Assembly (NCBI RefSeq): GCF_000020025.1
Contig: NC_010628.1
Span: 7,710,001-7,742,000, forward strand
Reading direction: 5' to 3'
DNA: 32,000 nucleotides
Origin: Nostoc punctiforme PCC 73102
GTDB lineage: Bacteria; Cyanobacteriota; Cyanobacteriia; Cyanobacteriales; Nostocaceae
Shown in pieces: positions 1 to 9,156 of the stretch; within the stretch, counting starts at the first letter, position 1; each line of letters starts with the position of its first letter. Position numbers and translations under genes: made by a program. The notes under the pieces are model-generated. The model saw nothing but the letters and a program-made list of their open reading frames with translations, searched no databases and was not told the origin of the DNA.

Positions 1-397
1 CCAGTTTATTGGTATGAGCATGGTGATAATTATGCTTAATGCGCCAACTGTGAAAGGGGTAAATTAACGGCATCATGAAGAAGTGCCCTACCAAATCATT
101 TACCCAACGACGTTTGGCAAAAGACCTGTGTCCACAATCATGGCCAATTACAAAAAAACCTGTTAAAGCAGTGCCCGTGAAAATCCAAGCTAGGGGCAAA
201 AGAAACCAAGGAGTAACGATCAGGCTGTAATAGCCCAAGGCAACTGCCAAGACACTGAGCAGTACTTGTGTCCAAGCTTTGCGACGGTTCTGCTGAAAAC
301 ATTCCCGTGGAACTGTTTTGATAATATCTTTGAGCCGGAAGTTGGAATTACCAGGCTCGTCACTTAGTTTCTGGCTATTAATTATTGATGTAGTCAT
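1..397 (-). CDS. desA: Acyl-lipid fatty acid desaturase (delta-12 type), N-terminal ~132 codons only; gene runs off the left edge
   Basis: Not in the ORF track because it is partial. My translation from the ATG at 397-395 reads [34 protein letters not shown]...[21 protein letters not shown]...[15 protein letters not shown]. It has His-box 1 (HDCGH) and His-box 2 (HxxHH) of membrane desaturases. It lies directly downstream of desC, as in the described Anabaena desC-desA-desB arrangement. An omega-3 (desB) assignment cannot be fully excluded. Confidence 0.75.
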   Translation of the reverse strand, partial: MTTSIINSQKLSDEPGNSNFRLKDIIKTVPRECFQQNRRKAWTQVLLSVLAVALGYYSLIVTPWFLLPLAWIFTGTALTGFFVIGHDCGHRSFAKRRWVNDLVGHFFMMPLIYPFHSWRIKHNYHHAHTNKL

Positions 398-702
398 GGA
401 CACCTGAAAAACAACAAACTCCTACACCAAGTCACCAAAAAGTAACTTGCCGCAAAAATTCTTCACATTAGCGCTTCGGATTATAGCAACCTAACCTACA
501 CAAGCGCACCCGTAAATAGATTTTTGAGAAGTTAGTAGCTAGGAGTGATGAGTTTAGATTCTCAACTCACGCCGAATGTGAATTAGAAATGCTTCTTGTG
601 CCATAAGGATTTCTGTGTCTACCCAAAATCAGGGTTTGAGAAATCGACGGCAAAATAAAAATTCCCAAGCCTGATTCACATTGAACGTAATTCCTAACTC
701 CT

Positions 703-730
703 GTAGAGACGCGATTAATCGCGTCTCTAC
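703..730. repeat. 28-nt perfect hairpin repeat GTAGAGACGCGATTAATCGCGTCTCTAC (Nostoc small-dispersed-repeat type), immediately 3' of the desC stop
   Basis: It is a perfect palindrome. It is flanked by the direct repeat TCCTAACT (692-699 and 731-738). Related copies lie at 4577-4602, 17019-17046, 20146-20177 and 23369-23396. Confidence 0.85.
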
Positions 731-732
731 TC

Positions 733-1554
733 CTAACTACTTTTTGCTGGGGCCAACTTTACATTAGTAGCCAGACCAACCGCCTGTAGCAATTGAACAG
801 TCATCCAGGTTAAATCGATTTCCCACCATTCCAGCCCATGACGAGCTGAGTATTGAAAGGCATGATGGTTATTATGCCAGCCTTCACCGAAAACTAGTAC
901 GGCTACCCACCAGCAATTAGTCGATTTATCACCAGAATCATAGCTTTGATAGCCAAACTTATGAGTAGCGCTGTTCACCAACCAAGTGCAGTGGTAAACC
1001 CAGACAATGCGAACAAAAATTCCCCAGATAACGAAAGGCCAGCCACCTAGGAGCAAAAGTAATACACCTAGAGCAACCTGGATCAAAATGAAATATTTTT
1101 CTAAAAACTGATAAACTGGGTCTTCTGCAATATCTTTGGTGAAGCGAGGAACATCAGCGTGAGCTGGACAATAATGAGTCAGCCAACCCATGTGGCTCCA
1201 CCAGAAGCCTTTATTAGAATCATGGGGATCGGTGTCAGTATCAGAGTTTAAATGATGAATGCGATGTGTCCCGATCCACTCAATTGGGCCTCCTTGACAG
1301 GAGAGTGTCCCGAAAAAAACCAGGAGATACTCTAGCCACTTGGGAGTTTGAAAACTGCGGTGGGTGACAAGGCGGTGAAATCCTAGAGTAACGCCTAAAC
1401 CGCCAGTCACCCAGTACAGCAAGAAACCCACACCAACTGCTGTCCAGCTAAAGTTACCAGGAACAAAAGCAAATAAAGCGCCGATGTGCAGTCCAATGAA
1501 AAACAGGGTATTAACCCAGTTAATTTGAGGTTTGGTTGAGGTAGCAATTGTCAT
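733..1554 (-). CDS. desC: Delta-9 acyl-lipid desaturase
   Basis: 273-aa ORF with three His boxes (HRLVTHRSF, HRIHH, HNNHH) and the hydrophobic segments typical of stearoyl-CoA/acyl-lipid delta-9 desaturases. Confidence 0.9.
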   Translation of the reverse strand: MTIATSTKPQINWVNTLFFIGLHIGALFAFVPGNFSWTAVGVGFLLYWVTGGLGVTLGFHRLVTHRSFQTPKWLEYLLVFFGTLSCQGGPIEWIGTHRIHHLNSDTDTDPHDSNKGFWWSHMGWLTHYCPAHADVPRFTKDIAEDPVYQFLEKYFILIQVALGVLLLLLGGWPFVIWGIFVRIVWVYHCTWLVNSATHKFGYQSYDSGDKSTNCWWVAVLVFGEGWHNNHHAFQYSARHGLEWWEIDLTWMTVQLLQAVGLATNVKLAPAKSS

Positions 1555-1644
1555 GCGATAACCTGAATTTGAATTTTCCCGCCTAGTATGTGCGATCTTA
1601 AAATCCGCATATCTATAATTTAATTTTTTTTGAACGAGGAACTG

Positions 1645-2877
1645 ATGAACAGCTTAGAACAGCTGCGGCAAGCAGAACAGGCACTATTAGAAATTTTTTC
1701 TGGAATTGACACTCAGGTCAAGCATAATCTAAAACGAGTGCTGGATGCTTTTCGTAATCACCGTGTGGGCGCACACCACTTCGCTGGTGTAAGTGGTTAT
1801 GGTCACGATGATTTAGGACGAGAAACTTTAGATAAAGTTTTTGCCGAAGTTATGGGTGCTGAAGCTGCGGCCGTGCGGGTGCAGTTCGTTTCGGGAACTC
1901 ATGCGATCGCCTGTGCTTTGTTTGGTGTTCTCCGTCCTGGAGATGAGATGTTAGCAGTGGTCGGTTCTCCCTACGATACGCTTGAAGAAGTTATTGGTTT
2001 ACGTGGTCAAGGTCAAGGCTCCCTTATCGAGTTTGGCATAAATTACCGCCAATTGGAGCTAACCGCAGAAGGAACTATAGATTGGCAAGCTTTAACTACT
2101 AATGTGACTGAAAACACTCGTTTAGTGTTAATTCAGCGTTCTTGTGGCTATTCTTGGCGACCTAGTTTATCAATTGCTGATATTGAAAAAATTGTCCACT
2201 TAGTCAAACAACAGAACCCAAATACTGTTTGCTTTGTAGATAACTGCTACGGCGAATTTATTGAAACAAAGGAACCTACAGCCGTAGGTGCTGATTTAAT
2301 GGCAGGATCGCTGATTAAAAATCCTGGTGGCACAATTGTCAGCGCTGGCGGTTATGTCGCTGGTCGTGCCGATTTAGTGGAAGCATCTGCCTGTCGCCTC
2401 ACAGCTCCTGGTATTGGTAGTTATGGCGGTGCTACTTTTGACCAAAATCGCTTGCTGTTCCAAGGCTTATTTCTAGCGCCGCAAATGGTCGGAGAGGCGA
2501 TGAAAGGGACGTACTTAACTGGTTATGTATTTGACAAACTCGGTTATCCAGTGAATCCCGCCCCCCTTGCTCCCCGTGGTGATGTGATTCAGGCGATTAA
2601 ACTTGGTTCTGCCGAAAAGCTAATTGCTTTCTGTAAAGCTATACAACAGCATTCTCCCATCGGTTCTTACTTAGATCCTATTCCAGATGAAATGCCGGGG
2701 TATGAGAGCAAGGTAGTGATGGCTGGGGGAACATTTATTGAAGGGAGTACTTTGGAATTATCGGCTGATGGGCCTTTGCGTGAACCCTATGTAGTTTATT
2801 GCCAGGGGGGGACTCATTGGACTCATGTAGCGATCGCATTAGAAGCTGCGATTAATGCAATAGGAAATGCTGATTAG
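1645..2877 (+). CDS. Methionine gamma-lyase family / 'aluminium resistance' (YnbB-like) PLP-dependent protein
   Basis: The track ORF starts at a TTG (1630). I prefer the in-frame ATG at 1645, which is preceded by GAGGA at 1636-1640. SLIKNPGG is a candidate PLP-lysine motif, and the overall length fits this family. Confidence 0.65.
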   Translation: MNSLEQLRQAEQALLEIFSGIDTQVKHNLKRVLDAFRNHRVGAHHFAGVSGYGHDDLGRETLDKVFAEVMGAEAAAVRVQFVSGTHAIACALFGVLRPGDEMLAVVGSPYDTLEEVIGLRGQGQGSLIEFGINYRQLELTAEGTIDWQALTTNVTENTRLVLIQRSCGYSWRPSLSIADIEKIVHLVKQQNPNTVCFVDNCYGEFIETKEPTAVGADLMAGSLIKNPGGTIVSAGGYVAGRADLVEASACRLTAPGIGSYGGATFDQNRLLFQGLFLAPQMVGEAMKGTYLTGYVFDKLGYPVNPAPLAPRGDVIQAIKLGSAEKLIAFCKAIQQHSPIGSYLDPIPDEMPGYESKVVMAGGTFIEGSTLELSADGPLREPYVVYCQGGTHWTHVAIALEAAINAIGNAD

Positions 2878-2921
2878 CGATTCAGCCCATGAGGTTTATT
2901 AAGAAATTAGAAATACACGGC

Positions 2922-2949
2922 AGGGGTGCACAGCTAGCTGTACGCCCCT
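2922..2949. terminator. Imperfect GC-rich hairpin between convergent genes
   Basis: AGGGGTGCACAGC-TA-GCTGTACGCCCCT forms 13-nt arms with one wobble and one mismatch. It sits between the stops at 2877 (+) and 2988 (-). Confidence 0.4.
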
Positions 2950-2987
2950 ACATTACATACAATTGAAAACGGCTTGTCTCTTATGGT

Positions 2988-3329
2988 TTAATTTTCATCC
3001 CGTCCGTGGACTTGAGCCGGTGGACTGGTTGCTTCAACAGCTGTGAATGGTTCCAAAATTTTGTATGTGTGGCTAGCTCCTTTGGGCACAACCCAAGAAC
3101 TCCCAGGCTCTAGCAAAATCATTTGCCCTTCAATATGCAATTCGGCACGACCATTAATTACATAACCAACTGTTTCATAATCGCGCGAACTTGGTTCTTT
3201 GTCTTCGCTTGGTTGTTCGTCTTCCCAAAGACGCATAGAAAGAGATTTGCCAGAAGCAAGATACTTCTGACCCAGTTTACCTTTAGGGGAATGGGTAGAA
3301 TCTATTTTTTTAACGCTGGTGTCGCTCAT
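2988..3329 (-). CDS. Cupin domain protein
   Basis: Small beta-barrel protein with a cupin-like G-x5-H..E..G / G..H pattern (VINGRAELHIEGQ...PKGASHTYK). Start chosen at Met9 of the track ORF (MSDTSV...), which leaves 7 nt after the upstream ADH stop. The 3353 start is possible and would overlap the ADH by 17 nt. Confidence 0.65.
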   Translation of the reverse strand: MSDTSVKKIDSTHSPKGKLGQKYLASGKSLSMRLWEDEQPSEDKEPSSRDYETVGYVINGRAELHIEGQMILLEPGSSWVVPKGASHTYKILEPFTAVEATSPPAQVHGRDEN

Positions 3330-3336
3330 AATTACC

Positions 3337-4506
3337 TTACGGTTTAAGTACAACTTTGATGCAGTTATCTTTCTTGTGCTTAAAGATTTCGTAGCCGTGG
3401 GGCGCTTGTTCTAGAGGTAAAGTATGTGTGATGATAAACGTTGGATCGATTTCACCGTTTTGGATGTGTTCTAGCAAAGGTTTTAGATACTTGTGGACAT
3501 TCGTTTGTCCCATTTTGAAGGTTAATCCCTTGTTCATAGCAGCACCCATTGGGATTTTATCTAAAAAGCCACCGTAGACACCCACAAGTGATACGTGACC
3601 ACCTTTAGCAGCAGACACTATTACTTGCCGTAATGCCGTCGGACGGTCTGTTTCGAGACGTACTGCTTGCTTTACCTGGTCGTAGAACGCCATAAAGTCT
3701 GTGCCGTGTGCCTCCATTCCCACTGCATCAATACAAGCATCGGGACCACGACCGCCAGTCATTTCTTTAAGTGCTTCGCCTATATTCACTTCTTCGTAGT
3801 TGAGAACTTCAGCTTTGCCGTATTCTTTAGCCATTTGCAGACGTTCGGGAATGCGGTCAAAGGCGATGACACGTTCCGCACCTAGCATATATGCGCTTTT
3901 GATGGCAAATTGTCCGACTGGGCCACAACCCCAAACGGCGACAATATCACCGGGTTTGATGTTGCAGTTCTCGGCTGCCATATATCCAGTGGGGAAAATA
4001 TCTGTTAAAAATAGCACTTGCTCATCCGTTAAACCATCGGGGATTTTGAACAAGCCTACATCGGCAAAAGGTACTCTTGCATACTCTGCTTGACCACCAG
4101 CATAACCACCGAATAAATGGGAGTAGCCAAATAGACCTGCTGGCGAATGACCCATTTGCTTTTTTACCAACCAAGCATTGGGGTTAGAGTTATCGCACAG
4201 TGACCATAAATCCCGATTACAGAAAAAGCAGCTACCGCAAGATATAGTGAAAGGGACAACGACGCGATCGCCTACGTTCACATTTTTCACTGCACTTCCA
4301 AGTTCTACGACTTCCCCCATGAATTCATGACCAAGGATATCGCCCTTTTGCATGGTAGGAATGTAGCCGTCGTAAATATGCAAATCCGAACCACAAATGG
4401 CTGTGGAAGTAATTTTAACAATGGCATCGCGTGGATTGAGAATTTTGGGGTCGGGAACTGTTTCTACCCGCACATCGTTTGCTCCATGCCAGCAAACTGC
4501 TTTCAT
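3337..4506 (-). CDS. Zinc-dependent alcohol dehydrogenase family (glutathione-independent formaldehyde dehydrogenase-like), copy 1
   Basis: 389 aa. It has the GHEFMGEV catalytic zinc motif, a CGSCFFC structural zinc cluster and a WGCGPVG Rossmann motif. Confidence 0.85.
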   Translation of the reverse strand: MKAVCWHGANDVRVETVPDPKILNPRDAIVKITSTAICGSDLHIYDGYIPTMQKGDILGHEFMGEVVELGSAVKNVNVGDRVVVPFTISCGSCFFCNRDLWSLCDNSNPNAWLVKKQMGHSPAGLFGYSHLFGGYAGGQAEYARVPFADVGLFKIPDGLTDEQVLFLTDIFPTGYMAAENCNIKPGDIVAVWGCGPVGQFAIKSAYMLGAERVIAFDRIPERLQMAKEYGKAEVLNYEEVNIGEALKEMTGGRGPDACIDAVGMEAHGTDFMAFYDQVKQAVRLETDRPTALRQVIVSAAKGGHVSLVGVYGGFLDKIPMGAAMNKGLTFKMGQTNVHKYLKPLLEHIQNGEIDPTFIITHTLPLEQAPHGYEIFKHKKDNCIKVVLKP

Positions 4507-4576
4507 AATTATTTAGCCCTTAGTTATGATTTCTAGGTCGTTAATATCAAGATAAATACTCGATTTAGCCTGATTT

Positions 4577-4602
4577 TGAGACGCGATAATTATCGCGTCT
4601 CA
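4577..4602. repeat. Hairpin repeat TGAGACGCGATAATTATCGCGTCTCA (same family as 703-730), 3' of the small-protein gene and 5' of ADH copy 1
   Basis: Perfect 26-nt palindrome sharing the GAGACGCGAT...ATCGCGTCTC arms. Confidence 0.8.
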
Positions 4603-4653
4603 GTAACTAATCAAATCTGGTTCAAGAATCTAGACTCAAAATTTGCTACAAGT

Positions 4654-5052
4654 CTAGCTTCTATCTCTGAGTTGTTTGCTAGAAGGATTTTGATAATAAC
4701 CGTCTCTATCTGCACCGTATGATGAAGCTTTATCTCCGGCTCTGTTTTTTGCAGGATCAAAAAACTCTTTTGTAGCTCTAGGAGTTTTTTCATCCAAGTT
4801 CAGCTTTTCGCGGATATTATCAGCAGCGCCTTTTAATGGATTTTGGGTATTTGTTGTTTGGCTATCGTTTCTGATTTCACTTTGCCCATCGGGGATTCCT
4901 TTGTAATAAGTACCCTCTGGAGTTTTAACATCAGCTTGTGCTACATTAATGTCACTAAAAGCCTGACCTAGTAAGAACATAAATCCTACCAGGAAAACTA
5001 CAATAATCTGAGAAATGCGAATATTCCGCAACCATGAAATTACTTGATTCAT
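4654..5052 (-). CDS. Hypothetical small exported or membrane-anchored hydrophilic protein
   Basis: Start moved to the internal MNQVISWLRN... The N-terminal hydrophobic helix IIVVFLVGFMFLLGQAF is followed by a low-complexity polar region. I recognise no family. Confidence 0.5.
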   Translation of the reverse strand: MNQVISWLRNIRISQIIVVFLVGFMFLLGQAFSDINVAQADVKTPEGTYYKGIPDGQSEIRNDSQTTNTQNPLKGAADNIREKLNLDEKTPRATKEFFDPAKNRAGDKASSYGADRDGYYQNPSSKQLRDRS

Positions 5053-5114
5053 AAAAAACCTCAATTGCATTATGTTAGGTGTACAATTCAAAACGCTGAA
5101 TGACTATTCACCAT

Positions 5115-6284
5115 TCAGGGTTTAAGAACAACTTTGATGCAGTTGTCCTTTTTTTGTTGAAAAATGTGGTAGGCGTGGGGTGCTTGTTCTAGAGGTAATT
5201 GATGGGTGACAACGAAGGATGGATCGAGTTTTCCATCCAAAATCATCTGCAATAACAAATGCATATATTTTTGTCCATGCATTTGTCCCATCCTAAAAGT
5301 TAGACCCTTGTTGAAGGCAGCACCAAATGGGATTTTGTCTACAAAACCACCATAAACACCCATGATTGAAAGAGTCCCGCCTTTACGACAGGCAACCATC
5401 ATTTCCCGCAGAACGTGGGGACGGTCGGTTTCCAATCTGAGCTTTTGTTTTGTCTGGTCGTAGAAGTCTTCTAAACCAACGCCGTGTGCTTCTAAACCAA
5501 CAGCATCGATGCAAGCATCGGGGCCACGACCACCAGTCATCTCTTTCAACGCTTCGCCAGCATTAACTTCTTCGTAGTTAATCACTTCTGCTTTGGCAAA
5601 CTTTTTCGCCATTTCCAGGCGTTCGGGAAAGCGATCGATTGCGATCACTTTTTCGGCTCCCATCATGTAGGCGCTAATCATGGCAAACTGTCCAACAGCA
5701 CCGCAACCCCAAACCGCTACAGTATCACCCGGTTGGATATCGCATAACTCTGCACCCATATAACCGGTGGGAATAGCATCGGAGATGAATAACAACATCT
5801 CATCCGGTAAGTCTGGCGGAACTTTGACGACACCTACATCAGCAAAGGGTACACGGATATATTCTGCTTGTGCGCCTGCATAACCACCTAACATGTGGGA
5901 GTACCCATAAATGGCTGAGGTGATATTGCCAAATAATTTTTCTTCAATCCAACCTTTAGGATTGGAATTATCACACAATGACCACATATCATGTTGGCAA
6001 TAATGGCAATTACCACAGCCAATGGTAGAAGGAACAACTACGCGATCGCCTATTTTTAAATTGTTGACTCCTCTGCCAACTTCCACGACTTCTCCCATAA
6101 ATTCGTGACCGATAATATCACCCTGTTGCACTGTGGGGATATAGCCGCCATAAATATGTAGATCGGAGCCACAAATCGCCGTGGAAGTAATTTTAATAAT
6201 TGCATCACGCGGGTTGAGAATTGTCGGGTCTGGTACCGACTGTACCCGGACATCATTAGCGCCGTTCCAGCAGACTGCTTTCAT
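5115..6284 (-). CDS. Zinc-dependent alcohol dehydrogenase family, copy 2 (paralogue of 3337-4506)
   Basis: 389 aa, co-linear with copy 1 over the full length. It has the same GHEFMGEV, Cys cluster (CGNCHYC) and WGCGAVG motifs and an identical C-terminus, [12 protein letters not shown]. Confidence 0.85.
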   Translation of the reverse strand: MKAVCWNGANDVRVQSVPDPTILNPRDAIIKITSTAICGSDLHIYGGYIPTVQQGDIIGHEFMGEVVEVGRGVNNLKIGDRVVVPSTIGCGNCHYCQHDMWSLCDNSNPKGWIEEKLFGNITSAIYGYSHMLGGYAGAQAEYIRVPFADVGVVKVPPDLPDEMLLFISDAIPTGYMGAELCDIQPGDTVAVWGCGAVGQFAMISAYMMGAEKVIAIDRFPERLEMAKKFAKAEVINYEEVNAGEALKEMTGGRGPDACIDAVGLEAHGVGLEDFYDQTKQKLRLETDRPHVLREMMVACRKGGTLSIMGVYGGFVDKIPFGAAFNKGLTFRMGQMHGQKYMHLLLQMILDGKLDPSFVVTHQLPLEQAPHAYHIFQQKKDNCIKVVLKP

Positions 6285-6342
6285 AGTTATTAGTCCTTAG
6301 TCAGTAGTCATTGGTCATTAGTAATTCATCATTGGTCATTCG
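6283..6342. repeat. STRR-like heptamer tandem repeat (TTGGTCA family), about 8 units
   Basis: Reads atagtta/ttagtcc/ttagtca/gtagtca/ttggtca/ttagtaa/ttcatca/ttggtca in the spacer between the SRPBCC stop and the ADH copy 2 start. Confidence 0.8.
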
Positions 6343-6384
6343 CTTTAGGCAAAGGAATAATGACAATAGACAAAGAACAAATAA

Positions 6385-7083
6385 CTAACTTCGTCCAGAA
6401 GGCTGACCTTCGGTGGTGGCAATTTCGCCTGCTTCCATTAGCATTTTGAAGCGGCGCAATTCATCACCAATTTGCTGTTCTGGTTCTTCACCAAAAAGTT
6501 TAGCTACGGTAGCTGCCAATGCTCCACCGGGGGGGTTATACTCCAAAACAACCTTGACTTCCGTGCCGCGATCGCCTGGTGCTTTTTTGAAGCGAACAAA
6601 ACCAGAATTATCAACGTCTGCACCTTCCACAGAAGCCCAAGAAATAAACTCATTTTCCCGGTCTTCGAGAATATCTGCATCCCATTCTACACTGTTACCC
6701 AAGGGTGCATTGGCAATCCAGTGAGAACGCTTTTCATTGTACACATTGACAGATTTGAGATGCTTCATAAATGTGGGCAGATTTTCAAAGTTGTGCCAAT
6801 AACGATAAAGTTCATCTGCTGGTTTGTTGATCGTTACTGTCTTTTCAACTTTGATGGGTTGGTTGATACCAATTGCTTCTTGTGCTTGCTGGATTGTGCT
6901 TTGCTTGGTTGCACCTTGATAAATCAAACCGCCACCTGCTAAAGCTGTCAGCGCTCCCCGCAATGAACCTTGCCTTAAACCCATCAGCACCATAGCACCA
7001 CCACCAATCAGAGATGCCCAACGCTCTACTTCACTAGCTTCAGTCTGGCTGGTACTTAATTTATCGCCTGATGTTGAAGTCAC
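6385..7083 (-). CDS. SRPBCC (cyclase/dehydrase-type) protein with a Gly/Ala-rich N-terminal membrane-like segment
   Basis: 232 aa. The N-terminal WASLIGGGAMVLMGLRQGSLRGALTALAGGGLIY segment resembles DUF2892/YgaP-type segments. It is followed by a START/Bet v1-like domain (LYRYWHNFENLPTFMKHL...). Confidence 0.6.
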   Translation of the reverse strand: MTSTSGDKLSTSQTEASEVERWASLIGGGAMVLMGLRQGSLRGALTALAGGGLIYQGATKQSTIQQAQEAIGINQPIKVEKTVTINKPADELYRYWHNFENLPTFMKHLKSVNVYNEKRSHWIANAPLGNSVEWDADILEDRENEFISWASVEGADVDNSGFVRFKKAPGDRGTEVKVVLEYNPPGGALAATVAKLFGEEPEQQIGDELRRFKMLMEAGEIATTEGQPSGRS

Positions 7084-7113
7084 TTTTTATATCTCCATCA
7101 CAGTAATTACCAT

Positions 7114-7162
7114 AGAGGCGCAAATATCCTCTTGTTTCTATCTCTGTGTTATTTGCGCCTCT
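7114..7162. other. 13-bp perfect inverted repeat (stem-loop) between the DJ-1 fusion gene and the SRPBCC gene
   Basis: AGAGGCGCAAATA (7114-7126) pairs with TATTTGCGCCTCT (7150-7162) across a 23-nt loop. There is no U-tract on the minus-strand transcript, so it could be a processing or stability element or a weak terminator. Confidence 0.5.
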
Positions 7163-7188
7163 GCGATAGCCGTCTAAGTTCAAAAAAC

Positions 7189-8286
7189 TTACATTGACAC
7201 TGCCGCGCCTGTAGTCGGCTTAGGAGGCTGAATCTGAGTACCTATCCGCGCCCGATACAGTTCTACTAATCGCTGTTCGTATTTCAATAAATCGTGGTAA
7301 ATTTCTTTGAAAATAGCAGTTGCTACTGGGTCAGTGAACATCGCAGACAAATTCCCAATATCGCCGATACCAGTTTGCACATCACCTAAAGCAGAACGTA
7401 ACTGATATATGTCATCACTTCCTGTAAAGGCAGTTTTTACTTTGGCATACTGATTAGCAATATTTGCTCCTAAAGAGGGTTTTTCACCCAAATGATGAAT
7501 ATAGGTTTCTAGCTTTTGAATATGCCGCTGTTTATTTGCAATTATTTCTTGAAAGACTGAGTTGACTTCCCTATCTGATTCTTTTTCCAAGTATTTCTCA
7601 AATGCTTCTAGCGAATAACGCTCACCAGCAAGGGCATTATTTAAACCTCTGGTGATATCACCTTTAGTTGAGCCACCCCAAGCATCAGCTAGCTTCCACC
7701 ATTCAGCACTTGTGTCTTTCTCATTTGGTAATGCAGCATCTTTGCCACCATAACCCAAACGGCTCAAAATAGCTGTGGTAAAAATTGGCAAGTCCCCAGG
7801 TTCACGAGATGTAATCAAATTTCCGTCAACTACCACTGGCTCATCTAGATATTTTGCGCCAGCGTTAATCATGTCCTTGGCAATAGCAATAAAACCAGTG
7901 GCTTGTTTACCTTTGAGCAAGTTGCCTTCAATCAAAACTTGTGGCCCGTGGCAAACCGCAGCAACTAGTTTTCCTTGTTGTATAGCTTCTTGGACAAAGC
8001 GTACTGTGTTGATGTTGCGCCGCATTCTGTCGGGAGCCATCCCACCAGGAATTATCACAGCGTCGAATTGGGCTGCGATCGCTTCTGTTGTAGTACCATC
8101 AGCTTGAATGCTAAGTTTGCCGCGTTTACCCTTATATTTTTCATTCATTCTGGAACCAAGGACTACTACCTCTATTCCAGCTTGTTTTAGTCCATTATAA
8201 GGAACTGTAAATTCTGCATCCTCTACTGCCTGTTCAATGAGGATAGCAACTTTTTTCTTCCCAGAATGATTGTTATGGTCAGTCAT
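7189..8286 (-). CDS. DJ-1/PfpI-family domain fused to a ferritin-like four-helix-bundle (DUF2383/PA2169-like) domain
   Basis: The N-terminal ~185 aa carry the nucleophile-elbow motif AAVCHGPQVL. The C-terminal ~170 aa (ALAGERYSLEAFEKYLEKESD...NKQRHIQKLETYIHHLGEKPS...) look like the PA2169-type helical bundle. Confidence 0.7.
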   Translation of the reverse strand: MTDHNNHSGKKKVAILIEQAVEDAEFTVPYNGLKQAGIEVVVLGSRMNEKYKGKRGKLSIQADGTTTEAIAAQFDAVIIPGGMAPDRMRRNINTVRFVQEAIQQGKLVAAVCHGPQVLIEGNLLKGKQATGFIAIAKDMINAGAKYLDEPVVVDGNLITSREPGDLPIFTTAILSRLGYGGKDAALPNEKDTSAEWWKLADAWGGSTKGDITRGLNNALAGERYSLEAFEKYLEKESDREVNSVFQEIIANKQRHIQKLETYIHHLGEKPSLGANIANQYAKVKTAFTGSDDIYQLRSALGDVQTGIGDIGNLSAMFTDPVATAIFKEIYHDLLKYEQRLVELYRARIGTQIQPPKPTTGAAVSM

Positions 8287-8392
8287 AAATGTTATTGCCT
8301 GTTTATTTCTAGTATTTAACTAGTAAGAATATTCATCAATTAGGAAAGTTAAAAATCCTGAATTGTGAACTTGATTTTTTTTGAATTGCCTA

Positions 8393-8794
8393 TTATGCAG
8401 TTAATTCACCTGTTGATGAAATAGCAAATAGTTCTTCATAATCGTGAGAGAAATAGGCGTGAAGTGTAGCAAATTGTTCGGGGCTAATAGCATTTTGCAA
8501 TACAGCAAATACAGCTCGCACATGAATTACAGCAGTCGTTGGTTCAATGTTTTCTTTTTGGCTTGCACGAGCGATAAATTCCTGCAAGTTAAAGGATTGA
8601 CCACTATCTCCTTCTCTGCCTCGTAAATAATTGCCTAGTTGTGGAGGCAAATTTTTAGCTAGTTCTTCTGCTTCATCACCTGCTATCCGTTCTTTTAGAG
8701 TTTCTAGCGTGGCACGGGTAGCACCTTCTGCTTCTTCACGAGAATCTGATTGAGCAAGGCTTTGTACATGTGTAATGAACTCGTTGTATTCCAC
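8393..8794 (-). CDS. DUF2267 domain protein
   Basis: 133 aa. The pattern F...V......S.EEAE.ATRATLETL..RI...EAE.LA..LP looks characteristic of DUF2267 (recognised by eye). Confidence 0.6.
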   Translation of the reverse strand: MEYNEFITHVQSLAQSDSREEAEGATRATLETLKERIAGDEAEELAKNLPPQLGNYLRGREGDSGQSFNLQEFIARASQKENIEPTTAVIHVRAVFAVLQNAISPEQFATLHAYFSHDYEELFAISSTGELTA

Positions 8795-9156
8795 TGTCTA
8801 CCTCCGCTTCCCAAAATTTTTGAATGTTTTGCTATTTGACATTTAGGTAGTTAAAAGCATTAGTCTAAAATTAAAGTGGAGCAGTTTTTTATTTTTCCTA
8901 TTATTAATAAAAATAGTTACGAGCGAAAATTTTGCTACTGAATAATTTCGGCTTTACAAGTTTTCACTCATAACTAAAAACTTCAACTACAAGTTGCTTG
9001 ACCATGATTTCATATTTCCAATGGTATGGTGCGATCGCTAGTTTAGCTTCGTACTAAGGGGATAGATTCTTTTATTTCTAAAGCTATACATCTCTAGTAA
9101 GATAACTTAGTGATAGGAAAACGTTATTGTGAGAATGCAGAAAAAAGGCTAGTATC

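Noticed and set aside
4611-5091. 60-aa ORF at 4611-4793, and the 13-codon N-terminal extension (5053-5091) of the small secreted protein
   Set aside because: The 60-aa ORF is out of frame within the 3' part of the 4654-5052 gene. The extension precedes a better start (MNQVIS...) that places the hydrophobic helix at a signal-anchor distance.
3123-8626. Track ORFs on the opposite strand or out of frame inside the cupin, ADH, SRPBCC, DJ-1 and DUF2267 genes (3123-3347, 3667-3885, 3800-4093, 4327-4536, 6056-6256, 6413-6724, 6472-6942, 7775-8107, 7975-8190, 8444-8626)
   Set aside because: Each lies wholly within a longer ORF that has clear family motifs. Their translations are low-complexity or Cys/Ser/Phe-rich with no recognisable domain.
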